Below are positions 40,626 through 49,288 of a DNA stretch of 64,000 bases, one piece after another. The notes beneath the pieces are model-generated. The model made no database searches. It saw nothing but the letters and a program-made list of their open reading frames with translations, and was not told the origin of the DNA. Location of the stretch: positions 2,144,001 through 2,208,000 of the forward strand of contig OZ243927.1 of the NCBI GenBank assembly GCA_965213925.1, in the 5' to 3' direction. This stretch comes from Trueperaceae bacterium (GTDB lineage: Bacteria; Deinococcota; Deinococci; Deinococcales; Trueperaceae). A program made the translations under genes and the position numbers. How positions within the stretch are numbered: position 1 is the first letter of the stretch; each line of letters opens with the position of its first letter.

Positions 40626-41050
40626 GTGTCCTTGCTCCTACGCGAGAGGGTAAAGTTCGCCTCGAGCTACCCGATATCTCGAGGCGGCTCAAAACCGCTT
40701 TAACAGACGTTGAATGTGACCTTGTGGTGGGCATCGCAACAGGCGGCACGGTCTTGGCAAGCTTGGCTGCCGTTCAACTGGGAGTGCCGCTTAAACTCAT
40801 GCACCTCAACTACCGAGCACGGGACAACGCGCCGCAGCGCGAGAAGCCGGAACTGCTCGAGCCGTTCGAACTGGCGGAGCGACAGCGCGTGCTACTTGTA
40901 GACGACGTGAGCGTGACGGGCGCGACCTTCCGGGTGGCGCTATCTCACTTGACCGGTCACGGCGTCAGGACGTTGGCGCTTAAAGGTCGGGCGGACACCG
41001 TGCTCTACCCTGAGGTGACGCGCTGCGTGCTGCTGCCATGGCGCGACTAA
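40622..41050 (+). CDS. Type I phosphoribosyltransferase-domain protein
   Basis: VVGIATGG and VLLVDDVSVTGAT PRPP loop; ATG overlaps the uxaC stop. Confidence 0.82.
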   Translation: MSVLAPTREGKVRLELPDISRRLKTALTDVECDLVVGIATGGTVLASLAAVQLGVPLKLMHLNYRARDNAPQREKPELLEPFELAERQRVLLVDDVSVTGATFRVALSHLTGHGVRTLALKGRADTVLYPEVTRCVLLPWRD

Positions 41051-41112
41051 TGTTTTTCTCTGACGCTGCCGGGTTCGCATAGAGCGCACTTAGTAAATAC
41101 ACCGTAAACTAA

Positions 41113-41245
41113 TAGCAGGTATCATCTGGTTTGAGACAGTCTCACTTTATAAAGCGGCGTTGCTAGGCAGCAAACTGCGTAACTAGCACGCACATTCGGA
41201 GATGATATCTGTGCTCATCCGTCTCAGTATGTTTTGGAACTGCTA
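41113..41245 (+). mobile_element. Family B element (diverged copy with internal insertion)
   Basis: TAGCAGGTATCATCTGGTTTGAG...GAACTGCTA followed by TA. Confidence 0.75.
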
Positions 41246-41251
41246 TAAGTA

Positions 41252-41362
41252 TAGCAAGTATCATTTGGTTTGAGCCAATCCGAGAAGAGGGAACGCAGTC
41301 TAGCGCGCACGTTTGGAAATGATACTTGCGTGATTCAAGCTCAGTGCTTATGTGAACTGCTA
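41252..41362 (+). mobile_element. Family B element (111 bp)
   Basis: TA|TAGCAAGTATCATTTGGTTTGAGCCA...GTGAACTGCTA|TA; same length as 4927-5037. Confidence 0.82.
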
Positions 41363-41686
41363 TATTGGCACCTTCTCACTGATGTCACCCTGTTCACGAA
41401 GTAGCCAGTGGGAACGCAGTGACGCGAAGCTTCGGCGGGTCCGAACGAAGTGAGAACAATAGGGGCGTAAGGGTCTCGGTTGGCTACGCCAAAACTGCGT
41501 AACTCGCAATCTCTGGCAGAGGAGTCAGCAAGGTCAGAGATTCTTCGACTCCACGGAGCCTGCCCTGGTGAGGGTTCCGCTCAGAATGACATCACTCATT
41601 CTTTAATTAACAGAGTAGTAAGGTCTCTGACGTAAAAATTCTGATAGACTGATGAGACAGACTAATTCGCAGCGAAAGGTAGCTCT

Positions 41687-43015
41687 ATGACATCAACGCG
41701 CTTTATCCTCGTGCTCCTCCTCTGGAGTGGCGCTCTCGCCCAAACGTCCCCAGCCGCCCAGCAGACGGGCGTCAGCGACACGGACAACCGCATCGACCTG
41801 ATCCGACAGGACGCGCCCGAGCTTGCGGCATATGGACCTTATGACATAGGCGTGCGCACCCTAGACCTCGTCAACGAGGACGAACTCGATATTGTGAACG
41901 CGGCACCCGGCGAGCCGGTGCCGCGCTATGACCGTCCGCTCACCGCCGAAGTTTGGTATCCCGCCGCGCTGTCTGGCGCTGAGCCCAGGGGCGAATACGC
42001 CGCCACGACGAGGGACGGCACTCCCACCACGCTCGTAGGGCGCGCCGTAAGGGACGCCGAACCTAACACCGAGGGCGCGCCCTATCCGCTCATCATCCTC
42101 TCGCACGGCTACCCCGGCAACCGCTTTTTGCTCTCTCACCTGGGCGAGAACCTCGCCTCGAAGGGCTACGTGACGGTCTCCATCGACCACACCGACAGCA
42201 CCTACAGCGATCAGGCGACCTTCGGCAGCACGCTCCTCAACCGCCCGCTCGACCAGCAGTTCGTGCTGGACGAGATGGCGCGGCTTTCGCAGGAGGACAG
42301 TGGCAGCTTCTTGGCGGGGCTCGCCAGCGCGGGCGAGATGGGCATCGTCGGCTACTCGATGGGCGCGTACGGCGTGGTGAACCTGCTCGGGGGCGGCTTC
42401 ACGAGGGCGAGCGTCGAGTCGGACTACGCGCCGCCGAACGGGATTCTCGCCCTCAGACAAGAGGGCGACGAGGCGTATGAGGGGAGCGTAGACCCGCGCA
42501 TCAAAGCGGCGGTGGCGATCGCGCCTTGGGGCATGAACACGGGCTTTTGGGACGCGGAGGGGTTGGCGGGCATCGAAACGCCCATCTTCTTTATGGCGGG
42601 CAGCGCCGACGACGTCTCGGGCTACCGCGAGGGGACGAAAGCGATCTTCGAGCGGGCGGTGAACGCCGAGCGCTACTTGCTCACCTTCGAAAACGCGAAC
42701 CACAACGCCGCCGCGCCCATCCCCGCGCCCACCGAGACGTGGGGAGAGGACAGCTTCATGCACTACGCGGACGCGGTCTGGAACACGGTGCGCATGAACA
42801 ACATCGCGCAGCACTTCGCCACCGCCTTTTTTGACCTCGAGCTTAAAGGCGACGAGGAGAAAGGCGCGTATCTGGACCTGCTCCGCAACGCCGAAGACGG
42901 CGTCTACGCGGTGGACGCCTCGGGCGACTTCACCGAGGAGCACACCTACTGGCGAGGCTTTCCGAACCGCACGGCGGTGGGGCTCTCCTTAGAACACGAG
43001 ACGCCCTCGGAATGA
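41687..43015 (+). CDS. Secreted alpha/beta hydrolase (PAF-AH/dienelactone hydrolase-like)
   Basis: Signal peptide, SHGYPG, GYSMG nucleophile elbow, GSADD, ANHN. Confidence 0.85.
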   Translation: MTSTRFILVLLLWSGALAQTSPAAQQTGVSDTDNRIDLIRQDAPELAAYGPYDIGVRTLDLVNEDELDIVNAAPGEPVPRYDRPLTAEVWYPAALSGAEPRGEYAATTRDGTPTTLVGRAVRDAEPNTEGAPYPLIILSHGYPGNRFLLSHLGENLASKGYVTVSIDHTDSTYSDQATFGSTLLNRPLDQQFVLDEMARLSQEDSGSFLAGLASAGEMGIVGYSMGAYGVVNLLGGGFTRASVESDYAPPNGILALRQEGDEAYEGSVDPRIKAAVAIAPWGMNTGFWDAEGLAGIETPIFFMAGSADDVSGYREGTKAIFERAVNAERYLLTFENANHNAAAPIPAPTETWGEDSFMHYADAVWNTVRMNNIAQHFATAFFDLELKGDEEKGAYLDLLRNAEDGVYAVDASGDFTEEHTYWRGFPNRTAVGLSLEHETPSE

Positions 43016-43017
43016 GG

Positions 43018-44568
43018 TTAGGCGTCTATTCGGTCCCTTATCTGTAAAGGGATAGGGGCGCGTCCCTGTGCATGGTGGCGTTTCGTGAGGATGTCGGTAG
43101 CAGCTTCTAGTGACCCCTCACGAAAGCCGAAGCTGATGAGTGCAGGACCGGGCAAGTCGGTCACGTGGTAGGGGTTCCATAAGGCGACGTGGACGAAGTT
43201 TCGGTTGTGCTCCCCTGCGGATTGTGCAGCGGCGTCAGCTAAATCCACCTCTTTAGGCTCCATGCGCGTGCGCGAGGTGGAGATGAACAAGGTCACGTCG
43301 TGGTGCGCGGCGGCTGAAAGGACCGCTTCGCGGCTCGAGCCCGGCTCAGCGCGTTCATAAAACAGGTGGTTGACGCTCAAGCCTCGAGCCCTCAGCATCT
43401 CTATCAATCTCTCGGTAGGCGGCGTGAGCACATCACTCGCCGCGCCGCCGACACTATCTTCCGCCGCGATGACCACGAGACTCGTCTCTTCGTCGAGTTC
43501 TGGCAGATCGCCGATGAGGACGACGCCGCGCCGCGCCGCGTCGGTGAGAAGCGCTCTGTCACCCTCTCGCCAGGCGCGCTCAGGGTCAGGCTGAGCGGGA
43601 TAGGTGTGAGCGAGCCTGCGCAGTCTCCGAAGCTTCCCCTCAACCTCTCCTTCATTCAAGCGCCCTTCTCTCAGCGCCTTGTCAATACCTTGCAAGATGC
43701 GTTCATGCGTGCTGATGGGTCCGGTGTGGATATCGAAGAGGGGCATGTCGATACCTGCGACGAGCGAGCGCACCACCGCCTCAGCAGGGGAGAAGAGGTC
43801 GGCGATAGCGTGCATCTCGAGCGCGTCCGTAAAGCTCACCCCGTCAAAGCCGAGGTCAACACGTAAAAGGTCGGTCATGGCAATGCGCGACAGCGTGGCG
43901 GGCAACCCGGCGTCCAAAGCGGTGATGCGCCCGTGGTAGCTCATGACGCAAGCTGCGCCCGCTCCGAACGCCTTTTTGAACGGGACGAGTTCAACCTCTT
44001 GCAAGCGTTCTAGCGGCACATCCAGCGTCGGCAAGCTCAGGTGCGAGTCCGTATCCGTATCGCCGTGACCGGGAAAGTGTTTGACCGTCGCCGCGACGCC
44101 CTCGCTCTGCAACCCTCGGACATAAGCCGCGACGTGCAGAGCGACGTGCGCCGGGTCACTCCCGAAAGACCGCTCGCCGATGACGGGATTACGCGGGTTG
44201 TTGTTCACGTCCGCGACGGGCGCGAAGTTGACGTTGACGCCCACCGCACGCAACCCTCTCGCAGTCGCGGCGGCAACCTCGAAGGTCAGCTCGGAGTCAT
44301 TCGCCGCGCCTAAAAGCATTGTGCCGGGCGAATAGGGAACGTCCAACGCCCGCACCACGCCGCCGCCCTCTTGGTCCGTGGCGATGATGAGGTTTGGTCC
44401 GAGCAATTCACGCAGTTCACTCGTCAATTCCGCCGCCTGGACGCGGTCACGGAAGTTGCGGCTGAAGAGGCACACGCCGCCCACCTTATAATTTGCAAAA
44501 AAAGCGCGTTCGTCCGGGGTGAGCGTGGGACCGGAGAGGTCAGTCATCAACAATCTGTGCGGGTTCAT
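43018..44568 (-). CDS. nagZ: GH3 beta-N-acetylhexosaminidase
   Basis: DQEGGGV, NFAPVAD, KHFPGHG...DSH, TDALEM. Confidence 0.9.
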   Translation of the reverse strand: MNPHRLLMTDLSGPTLTPDERAFFANYKVGGVCLFSRNFRDRVQAAELTSELRELLGPNLIIATDQEGGGVVRALDVPYSPGTMLLGAANDSELTFEVAAATARGLRAVGVNVNFAPVADVNNNPRNPVIGERSFGSDPAHVALHVAAYVRGLQSEGVAATVKHFPGHGDTDTDSHLSLPTLDVPLERLQEVELVPFKKAFGAGAACVMSYHGRITALDAGLPATLSRIAMTDLLRVDLGFDGVSFTDALEMHAIADLFSPAEAVVRSLVAGIDMPLFDIHTGPISTHERILQGIDKALREGRLNEGEVEGKLRRLRRLAHTYPAQPDPERAWREGDRALLTDAARRGVVLIGDLPELDEETSLVVIAAEDSVGGAASDVLTPPTERLIEMLRARGLSVNHLFYERAEPGSSREAVLSAAAHHDVTLFISTSRTRMEPKEVDLADAAAQSAGEHNRNFVHVALWNPYHVTDLPGPALISFGFREGSLEAATDILTKRHHAQGRAPIPLQIRDRIDA

Positions 44569-44720
44569 TATCGACTTCCTATCCTCGAGGGCATTGAAGT
44601 AACGCAGTTTTTTGTCTAGCAGAAGCTCGTGCTCCTAAAGGTAGAGGCTCGAGCCTTCTTATACTATTCTACTACCCTAAAAAAGCCACAGTCATCATTC
44701 TTGGTGAGGGCGTGCGGGGC

Positions 44721-44748
44721 GTAGGGGCGATTCATGAATCACCCCTAC
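44721..44748. repeat. GTAG-type REP palindrome
   Basis: GTAGGGGCGATTCATGAATCACCCCTAC. Confidence 0.8.
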
Positions 44749-44789
44749 TGCATTTGCTTCCCAGCGCGTCCAACCTCAACGAGCCGCAT

Positions 44790-45887
44790 CTACAATCCCT
44801 GTACGTCCGCCGCGTCGCGCAGGGCGTCACCTAAGAAGTTGAACGCCAACACCGCCACGACGATGAATAAGCCAGGGATGAGCAACCACGGATAGAGCCG
44901 CAACGTCTCGAAGTTCTGCGCGTCCGCTAGGAGCAACCCCCAAGAGGTCATCGGCTCTTTGATGCCGAGCCCTAAAAAGGACAGGGCGCTCTCGCCCAAA
45001 ATATACGCGGGTAGCGCTAGCGTCGCCGCCACGATGAGATAAGAGGTCAAGTTTGGCAAGACGTGACGGAGGATGATGGGCAAATCGCGCACGCCCAGAG
45101 CCCGCGCCGCCTGTACGTAATCCGACTCCCTCGCCGATAAGACTTGCCCCCGCACCACTCGCGCCAGCGCCGCCCAGCCGATAAAGGATAAGACCGCGAC
45201 GATGCCGACGTAGACCCACGTCGAGGGCCACGTCGCCGGGATGATCGTGGCGAGTGCTAAGAGAATCGGCAGACGCGGAAAGGAGAGCATCACCTCGATG
45301 AGGCGCTGAATGCCCGTGTCGAGCAAACCGCCATAAAAGCCGCTCACCCCACCGACTAAGATACCGATAGAAAACGAAATTAAAATACCGATAAGCCCCA
45401 CCGTGAGCGAGACTTGCGAGCCAACCAAGGTGCGGCTCAACACGTCGCGCCCGAAGCGATCGGTGCCGAGCGGGAAGAAGAGACCTTCTTGGATGCCAAA
45501 GAGGTGGCGCTCGGTGCGGAAGAGCCCCAGAAAGGTGTAGGGCTCACCTCTTACGAAGAACTTGAGCGGTTGCGGGTTCGTCTGGTCCGCCTGGTAGATA
45601 CGCTCGAAGGTGACGGGGTCGCGGGCTTGCTCTAAAGGATACACAAACGGACCCCGAAACTCCCCCTCGTGAAAGAGGTACAACCCCTGCGGCGGCAGGT
45701 GCGGAAAGTCGCGGTGCTGTGTGGTGATGTTGTAAGGTGCTAAAAATTGCGAGAAGAGCGCCATGAGGTACAACATGATGAGAATGATGCCCCCCGCTAC
45801 ACCGACTTTAGAGCGCTTGAAGCGCCGCCAGCCGAGGCGAAAGGGGCTCACGGCACTCGAGTCTCCCCGAGTCGTATCTTTAGTCAT
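44790..45887 (-). CDS. Opp/Dpp-family ABC permease (C subunit)
   Basis: LGTDRFGRD, YVQAARALG, HVLPN, ESALSFLGLG. Confidence 0.92.
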   Translation of the reverse strand: MTKDTTRGDSSAVSPFRLGWRRFKRSKVGVAGGIILIMLYLMALFSQFLAPYNITTQHRDFPHLPPQGLYLFHEGEFRGPFVYPLEQARDPVTFERIYQADQTNPQPLKFFVRGEPYTFLGLFRTERHLFGIQEGLFFPLGTDRFGRDVLSRTLVGSQVSLTVGLIGILISFSIGILVGGVSGFYGGLLDTGIQRLIEVMLSFPRLPILLALATIIPATWPSTWVYVGIVAVLSFIGWAALARVVRGQVLSARESDYVQAARALGVRDLPIILRHVLPNLTSYLIVAATLALPAYILGESALSFLGLGIKEPMTSWGLLLADAQNFETLRLYPWLLIPGLFIVVAVLAFNFLGDALRDAADVQGL

Positions 45888-46851
45888 ACCGAATCCTCGG
45901 GTCCGCCCACGCGAGCGCCAAGTCAGCGAGCAAGTTACCGATCATCAAAAGGAGGCTTGTCAGGAGCAAGAGCGTCATGGCGACGTACTGGTCTTTAGCT
46001 AAAAGCGAGTCGTAGAGAAGCCGCCCCACAGCGGGCAAGTTGAGCACAATCGAGACGATGATCGTGCCGTTGATGAGTTCGGGTAAGCTCAGCCCAGCGA
46101 GCGAAATGAGCGGGTTAATGGCGTTACGCACAGCGTGGCGGTTGATGACGACGCGCTCTTTCAATCCTTTCGCCCGCGCCGTGCGTACAAAGTCCGCGCT
46201 CAGCACGTCCAAGAGGTTCGCCCGCATCTGCCGCATCACCGTAGCGATGCCCGCTGTGCCGATGGCTAAAACCGGAATCCACATGTGGTTGAGAAAGTCT
46301 AAGACCTTACCCCAACTCCAGGGCGCACCGATATATTGCGGGCTAAAGAGCCCCCCGACTTGCGAGCCGCCGAAATTCAGCACGAGGGCGACGAGAAGTA
46401 GCGCAACCAAAAAGTCAGGAATGGCGAGACCGATGTAGCCGACGAAGCTCGCCACCGCGTCCGTAAAGCCGTTGCGCCGCACCGCTGTATAGATGCCTAA
46501 GGGAATCGCGACGAGCCAGGAAAAGACGAGCGTCATTCCTGCGACGACGATGGCCCAGAAGAGCTGCTCCCCGACGAGGCTCGAGACCGGGCGGTTCGCA
46601 AAGAACGAAAAGCCGAAGTCACCCCGCGTCACAATCCCCCAAATCCAGCGCAGATACTGCTCGTACGCCGGTTTGTCCAACCCGAGTTGCGCCTCTAACC
46701 GCGCTACCGTCGCCGCGCTAAAACGTGGGTCTTCTAGGTAGCGGTCCGTAAAGCTGCCCGGTTGCAGTTGAATCACGGTAAAACAAACCACCGAGACGAG
46801 CAGCAGGGTGGGGATGAAGATGAGGATGCGGCGTAGGAGGTAGTTGAGCAT
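45880..46851 (-). CDS. Opp/Dpp-family ABC permease (B subunit)
   Basis: GDFGFS, DFVRTARAKGL, HAVRNA. Confidence 0.92.
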   Translation of the reverse strand: MLNYLLRRILIFIPTLLLVSVVCFTVIQLQPGSFTDRYLEDPRFSAATVARLEAQLGLDKPAYEQYLRWIWGIVTRGDFGFSFFANRPVSSLVGEQLFWAIVVAGMTLVFSWLVAIPLGIYTAVRRNGFTDAVASFVGYIGLAIPDFLVALLLVALVLNFGGSQVGGLFSPQYIGAPWSWGKVLDFLNHMWIPVLAIGTAGIATVMRQMRANLLDVLSADFVRTARAKGLKERVVINRHAVRNAINPLISLAGLSLPELINGTIIVSIVLNLPAVGRLLYDSLLAKDQYVAMTLLLLTSLLLMIGNLLADLALAWADPRIRYD

Positions 46852-46884
46852 AGGTCTTAGATTCGTCTTTCTAAGAGATAGTGG

Positions 46885-47250
46885 TCAGGGCGTTTGCGCT
46901 AGGCTGCCACCACACCATGAACCGTAATCGAATTCTTCAGAATGTGTGAGAAGGTGGCGTGAGCGCTTTATCCAAATTCTAATGAGCGGGTTCGTCTCCT
47001 CTTTCGCTAAATTCAGCAGGTGCTCCACCTCGCGGAACGATGTTCCTTTCCCATCCGTTATGACAGCGTCACCAACAAGCAAATATAAACAAGATAGAAC
47101 GTCTCTCTGTTTCGGACATCGATCATCAGAAGCTAGCTCGAGCAGCAGTTCGTTGACACCCAAAGAGATAAGTGTAAGGTCATAGTCTTGAGAGGGTGGC
47201 GGAGTATCTTTACTATAAGCCCAAGCCTTGACTTTATCTTCGACATTCAT
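46885..47250 (-). CDS. Hypothetical protein (low GC) within the ABC operon
   Basis: 121-aa co-oriented ORF with WAYS...QDYDL...CP...CLY...WCGG. Confidence 0.65.
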   Translation of the reverse strand: MNVEDKVKAWAYSKDTPPPSQDYDLTLISLGVNELLLELASDDRCPKQRDVLSCLYLLVGDAVITDGKGTSFREVEHLLNLAKEETNPLIRIWIKRSRHLLTHSEEFDYGSWCGGSLAQTP

Positions 47251-47262
47251 CTAAATCGTGAT

Positions 47263-47284
47263 GGGGCGCGGCGAACCGCACCCC
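47263..47284 (-). terminator. Stem-loop after the substrate-binding protein gene
   Basis: Minus strand GGGGTGCGG-TTCG-CCGCGCCCC; no U-tract, so it may be a stabiliser rather than a terminator. Confidence 0.5.
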
Positions 47285-47291
47285 AACCTTT

Positions 47292-49073
47292 CTACTCCTC
47301 GCTGATGAAGTAAAGCGGCAGCGGATTGTAGCCAGGAATCACGCCCAAGCTGTAGACGAAGTTCTGCACGCGGTTGTATACAGCGGCGACGTTCGCGCCC
47401 TTAGCGATCATAATGACGGGCACGTTCTCGGCGTTGAGCCGCTGCCACTCGGCGTAGAGTTCTTGGCGTTGTGACTGGTCGGTCAGCGTGGCGGCTTCGT
47501 TGAAAATCTCGAACACGCGCGTTTCCCATTCGTCCATCGCCTCCATATTGGCGCTGCTGCCCTCTTCGCTGGGCTGCGTGGCGCGGTGCCAGTAGTAGAG
47601 CGAGCCGCCCGGCTGCCAGATGGGTTTGCGCAGCTCGGGGTCGGGCTGGTTGCCGAAGGCGACGAGGATAGCCTCGAAGTCGCCCGCTAAGGCGGTGCCG
47701 AAGAGCGACGAGCCCTGGACACCCTGCAAGTTGACGCGCACGCCCGCTTGCCCGAAGTCGTTCTGCAAAATCGTCGCGATGTCCGTGAAGATGGCGGAGT
47801 CCGAGTCGTAGGTGAGGGTGAACTCGAGCGGTCCTCCACCGGGCAGATTGCGTACCCCGTCACCGTCAGTGTCGGTATAGCCGAGTTCGTCCAACGCGGA
47901 GTTCGCCGCGTCCAAGTCGAACATGTTCATGAGGTCAGTCGTGTCGGTATAGAAGGTGCTGTCTGCAGGTGCCGTGGGTGTGCCGGGAATCTCGGCTAAG
48001 CTGTTATATACGTCGTTGATGACGCGCTCACGGTCTACGGCGTACTCCACCGCCTTGCGGAATTCAACCGAGGAGAACACCTCAGCCAGTGCCTCGTTCG
48101 CCGGGTTGAAGTTGAAGGCTAAGTGCGGCGGCGAGCCGAACAGCGCGTCGCTCCGAATCACGCGGAAGGGTGCGCCGTCCACCTCCCGCGACTTGAAGTC
48201 AGGAAACTGCGCCCCCGAGATGTTGAGCTGGTCGATATTGCCCGCCAAAAACTGCGCCGTTTGCGCCTCCGTGCCGGGCGTGATGAGGTACTCAATCGTC
48301 TCGACGTAAGGGAGGGGCGTACCCGCGCTGTCCACTTTCCAGTAGTTCGGGTTTTTCTGAAGCGTGACGAGTTGACCGGGCGTGTAATTTTGCAGCGTGT
48401 ACGGACCCGTGCCCACCACTTCGCTCGGGTCGACATCGGTGGGCCAGGCGTTGTTGATATCGGCGGGCTCCGCGCCGCCCTGGACGCTAAAGCCCTCTAA
48501 CTTATGCTCGGGCATGATGAAAAAGCGCTGCTGCAGTAAGAACGCGGCGGAGGCGGTCGGCAGCGTCATCCGCACCGTCATATCGTCCACCTTTTCAAAG
48601 GTAACGTTCTCCTCTTGACCGTCCAAGGTGAAGAGGAACTGCGCCGCGTCGCCCGCCCGCGCTTCGGGATTAGTGATGATCTGCTCGTAGGTGAAGATCA
48701 CGTCGTCGGCGGTGAAGGGCTCGCCGTCGTGCCAAGTGACGCCTTCGCGCAGGTTAAAGGTGTAGACGGTGCCGTCCTCGGAGATGTCCCACGAGGCGGC
48801 TAGCGCGGGCTCCAACTCGTACGTTTCCAGATTGAACTCGACTAAGCTGTCGAACATCTGCTGCGACAAGGTCTGCGAGACGCTGCTCACCTCGCCATAG
48901 TAAAAGAAGCGCGGTGGGGCGTCGTCGAGCGCTAGAGTAAGCGTGCCGCCCGCTTCACCAGGGGTGATGTCCAGAGCGCTGTAGTCGGGGATGGTCTTGG
49001 GTTGGGCGAAGGCGGCGCTACTCAGCAAAAAGGCGAGCAGCAGGCTTAGGGCTGGATAGACGGAACGCTTCAT
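47292..49073 (-). CDS. Opp/Dpp family-5 ABC substrate-binding protein
   Basis: LREGVTWHDGEPFTADDV, GTGPY, NPNYW; GGAGG RBS. Confidence 0.92.
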   Translation of the reverse strand: MKRSVYPALSLLLAFLLSSAAFAQPKTIPDYSALDITPGEAGGTLTLALDDAPPRFFYYGEVSSVSQTLSQQMFDSLVEFNLETYELEPALAASWDISEDGTVYTFNLREGVTWHDGEPFTADDVIFTYEQIITNPEARAGDAAQFLFTLDGQEENVTFEKVDDMTVRMTLPTASAAFLLQQRFFIMPEHKLEGFSVQGGAEPADINNAWPTDVDPSEVVGTGPYTLQNYTPGQLVTLQKNPNYWKVDSAGTPLPYVETIEYLITPGTEAQTAQFLAGNIDQLNISGAQFPDFKSREVDGAPFRVIRSDALFGSPPHLAFNFNPANEALAEVFSSVEFRKAVEYAVDRERVINDVYNSLAEIPGTPTAPADSTFYTDTTDLMNMFDLDAANSALDELGYTDTDGDGVRNLPGGGPLEFTLTYDSDSAIFTDIATILQNDFGQAGVRVNLQGVQGSSLFGTALAGDFEAILVAFGNQPDPELRKPIWQPGGSLYYWHRATQPSEEGSSANMEAMDEWETRVFEIFNEAATLTDQSQRQELYAEWQRLNAENVPVIMIAKGANVAAVYNRVQNFVYSLGVIPGYNPLPLYFISEE

Positions 49074-49201
49074 ACATCCTCCTTGGAGCTATCTTTGATA
49101 CTCTAGCCTATACCACTTCAAGACCATTTGCAATCGTCCTACTACTTTTGCGTGGGTGACTTGTCCGACTTATAGACTGTGAGGGTGAAGATCGCAAGAT
49201 C

Positions 49202-49257
49202 GATACATCAGCAAGAGGGGCTCGAGTCTAAACTCGAGCCCCTCTTGCTGATGTATC
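49202..49257. terminator. Perfect 26-bp hairpin
   Basis: GATACATCAGCAAGAGGGGCTCGAGT-CTAA-ACTCGAGCCCCTCTTGCTGATGTATC, downstream of the lipoprotein gene. Confidence 0.7.
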
Positions 49258-49288
49258 TACTTGTTTGAACAAACAACAAACGCTTGCT

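Larger units (their letters stand above)
41098..41617. mobile_element. Family A element expanded to 520 bp by nested insertions
   Basis: Left end TACACCGTAAACTAA, right end TTTAATTAACAGAGTA; colinear with 3275-3442; flanks GTAAA/GTAAG. Confidence 0.78.

Noticed and set aside
41861..42943. 360-aa antisense ORF
   Set aside because: Antisense shadow of the GC-rich hydrolase gene
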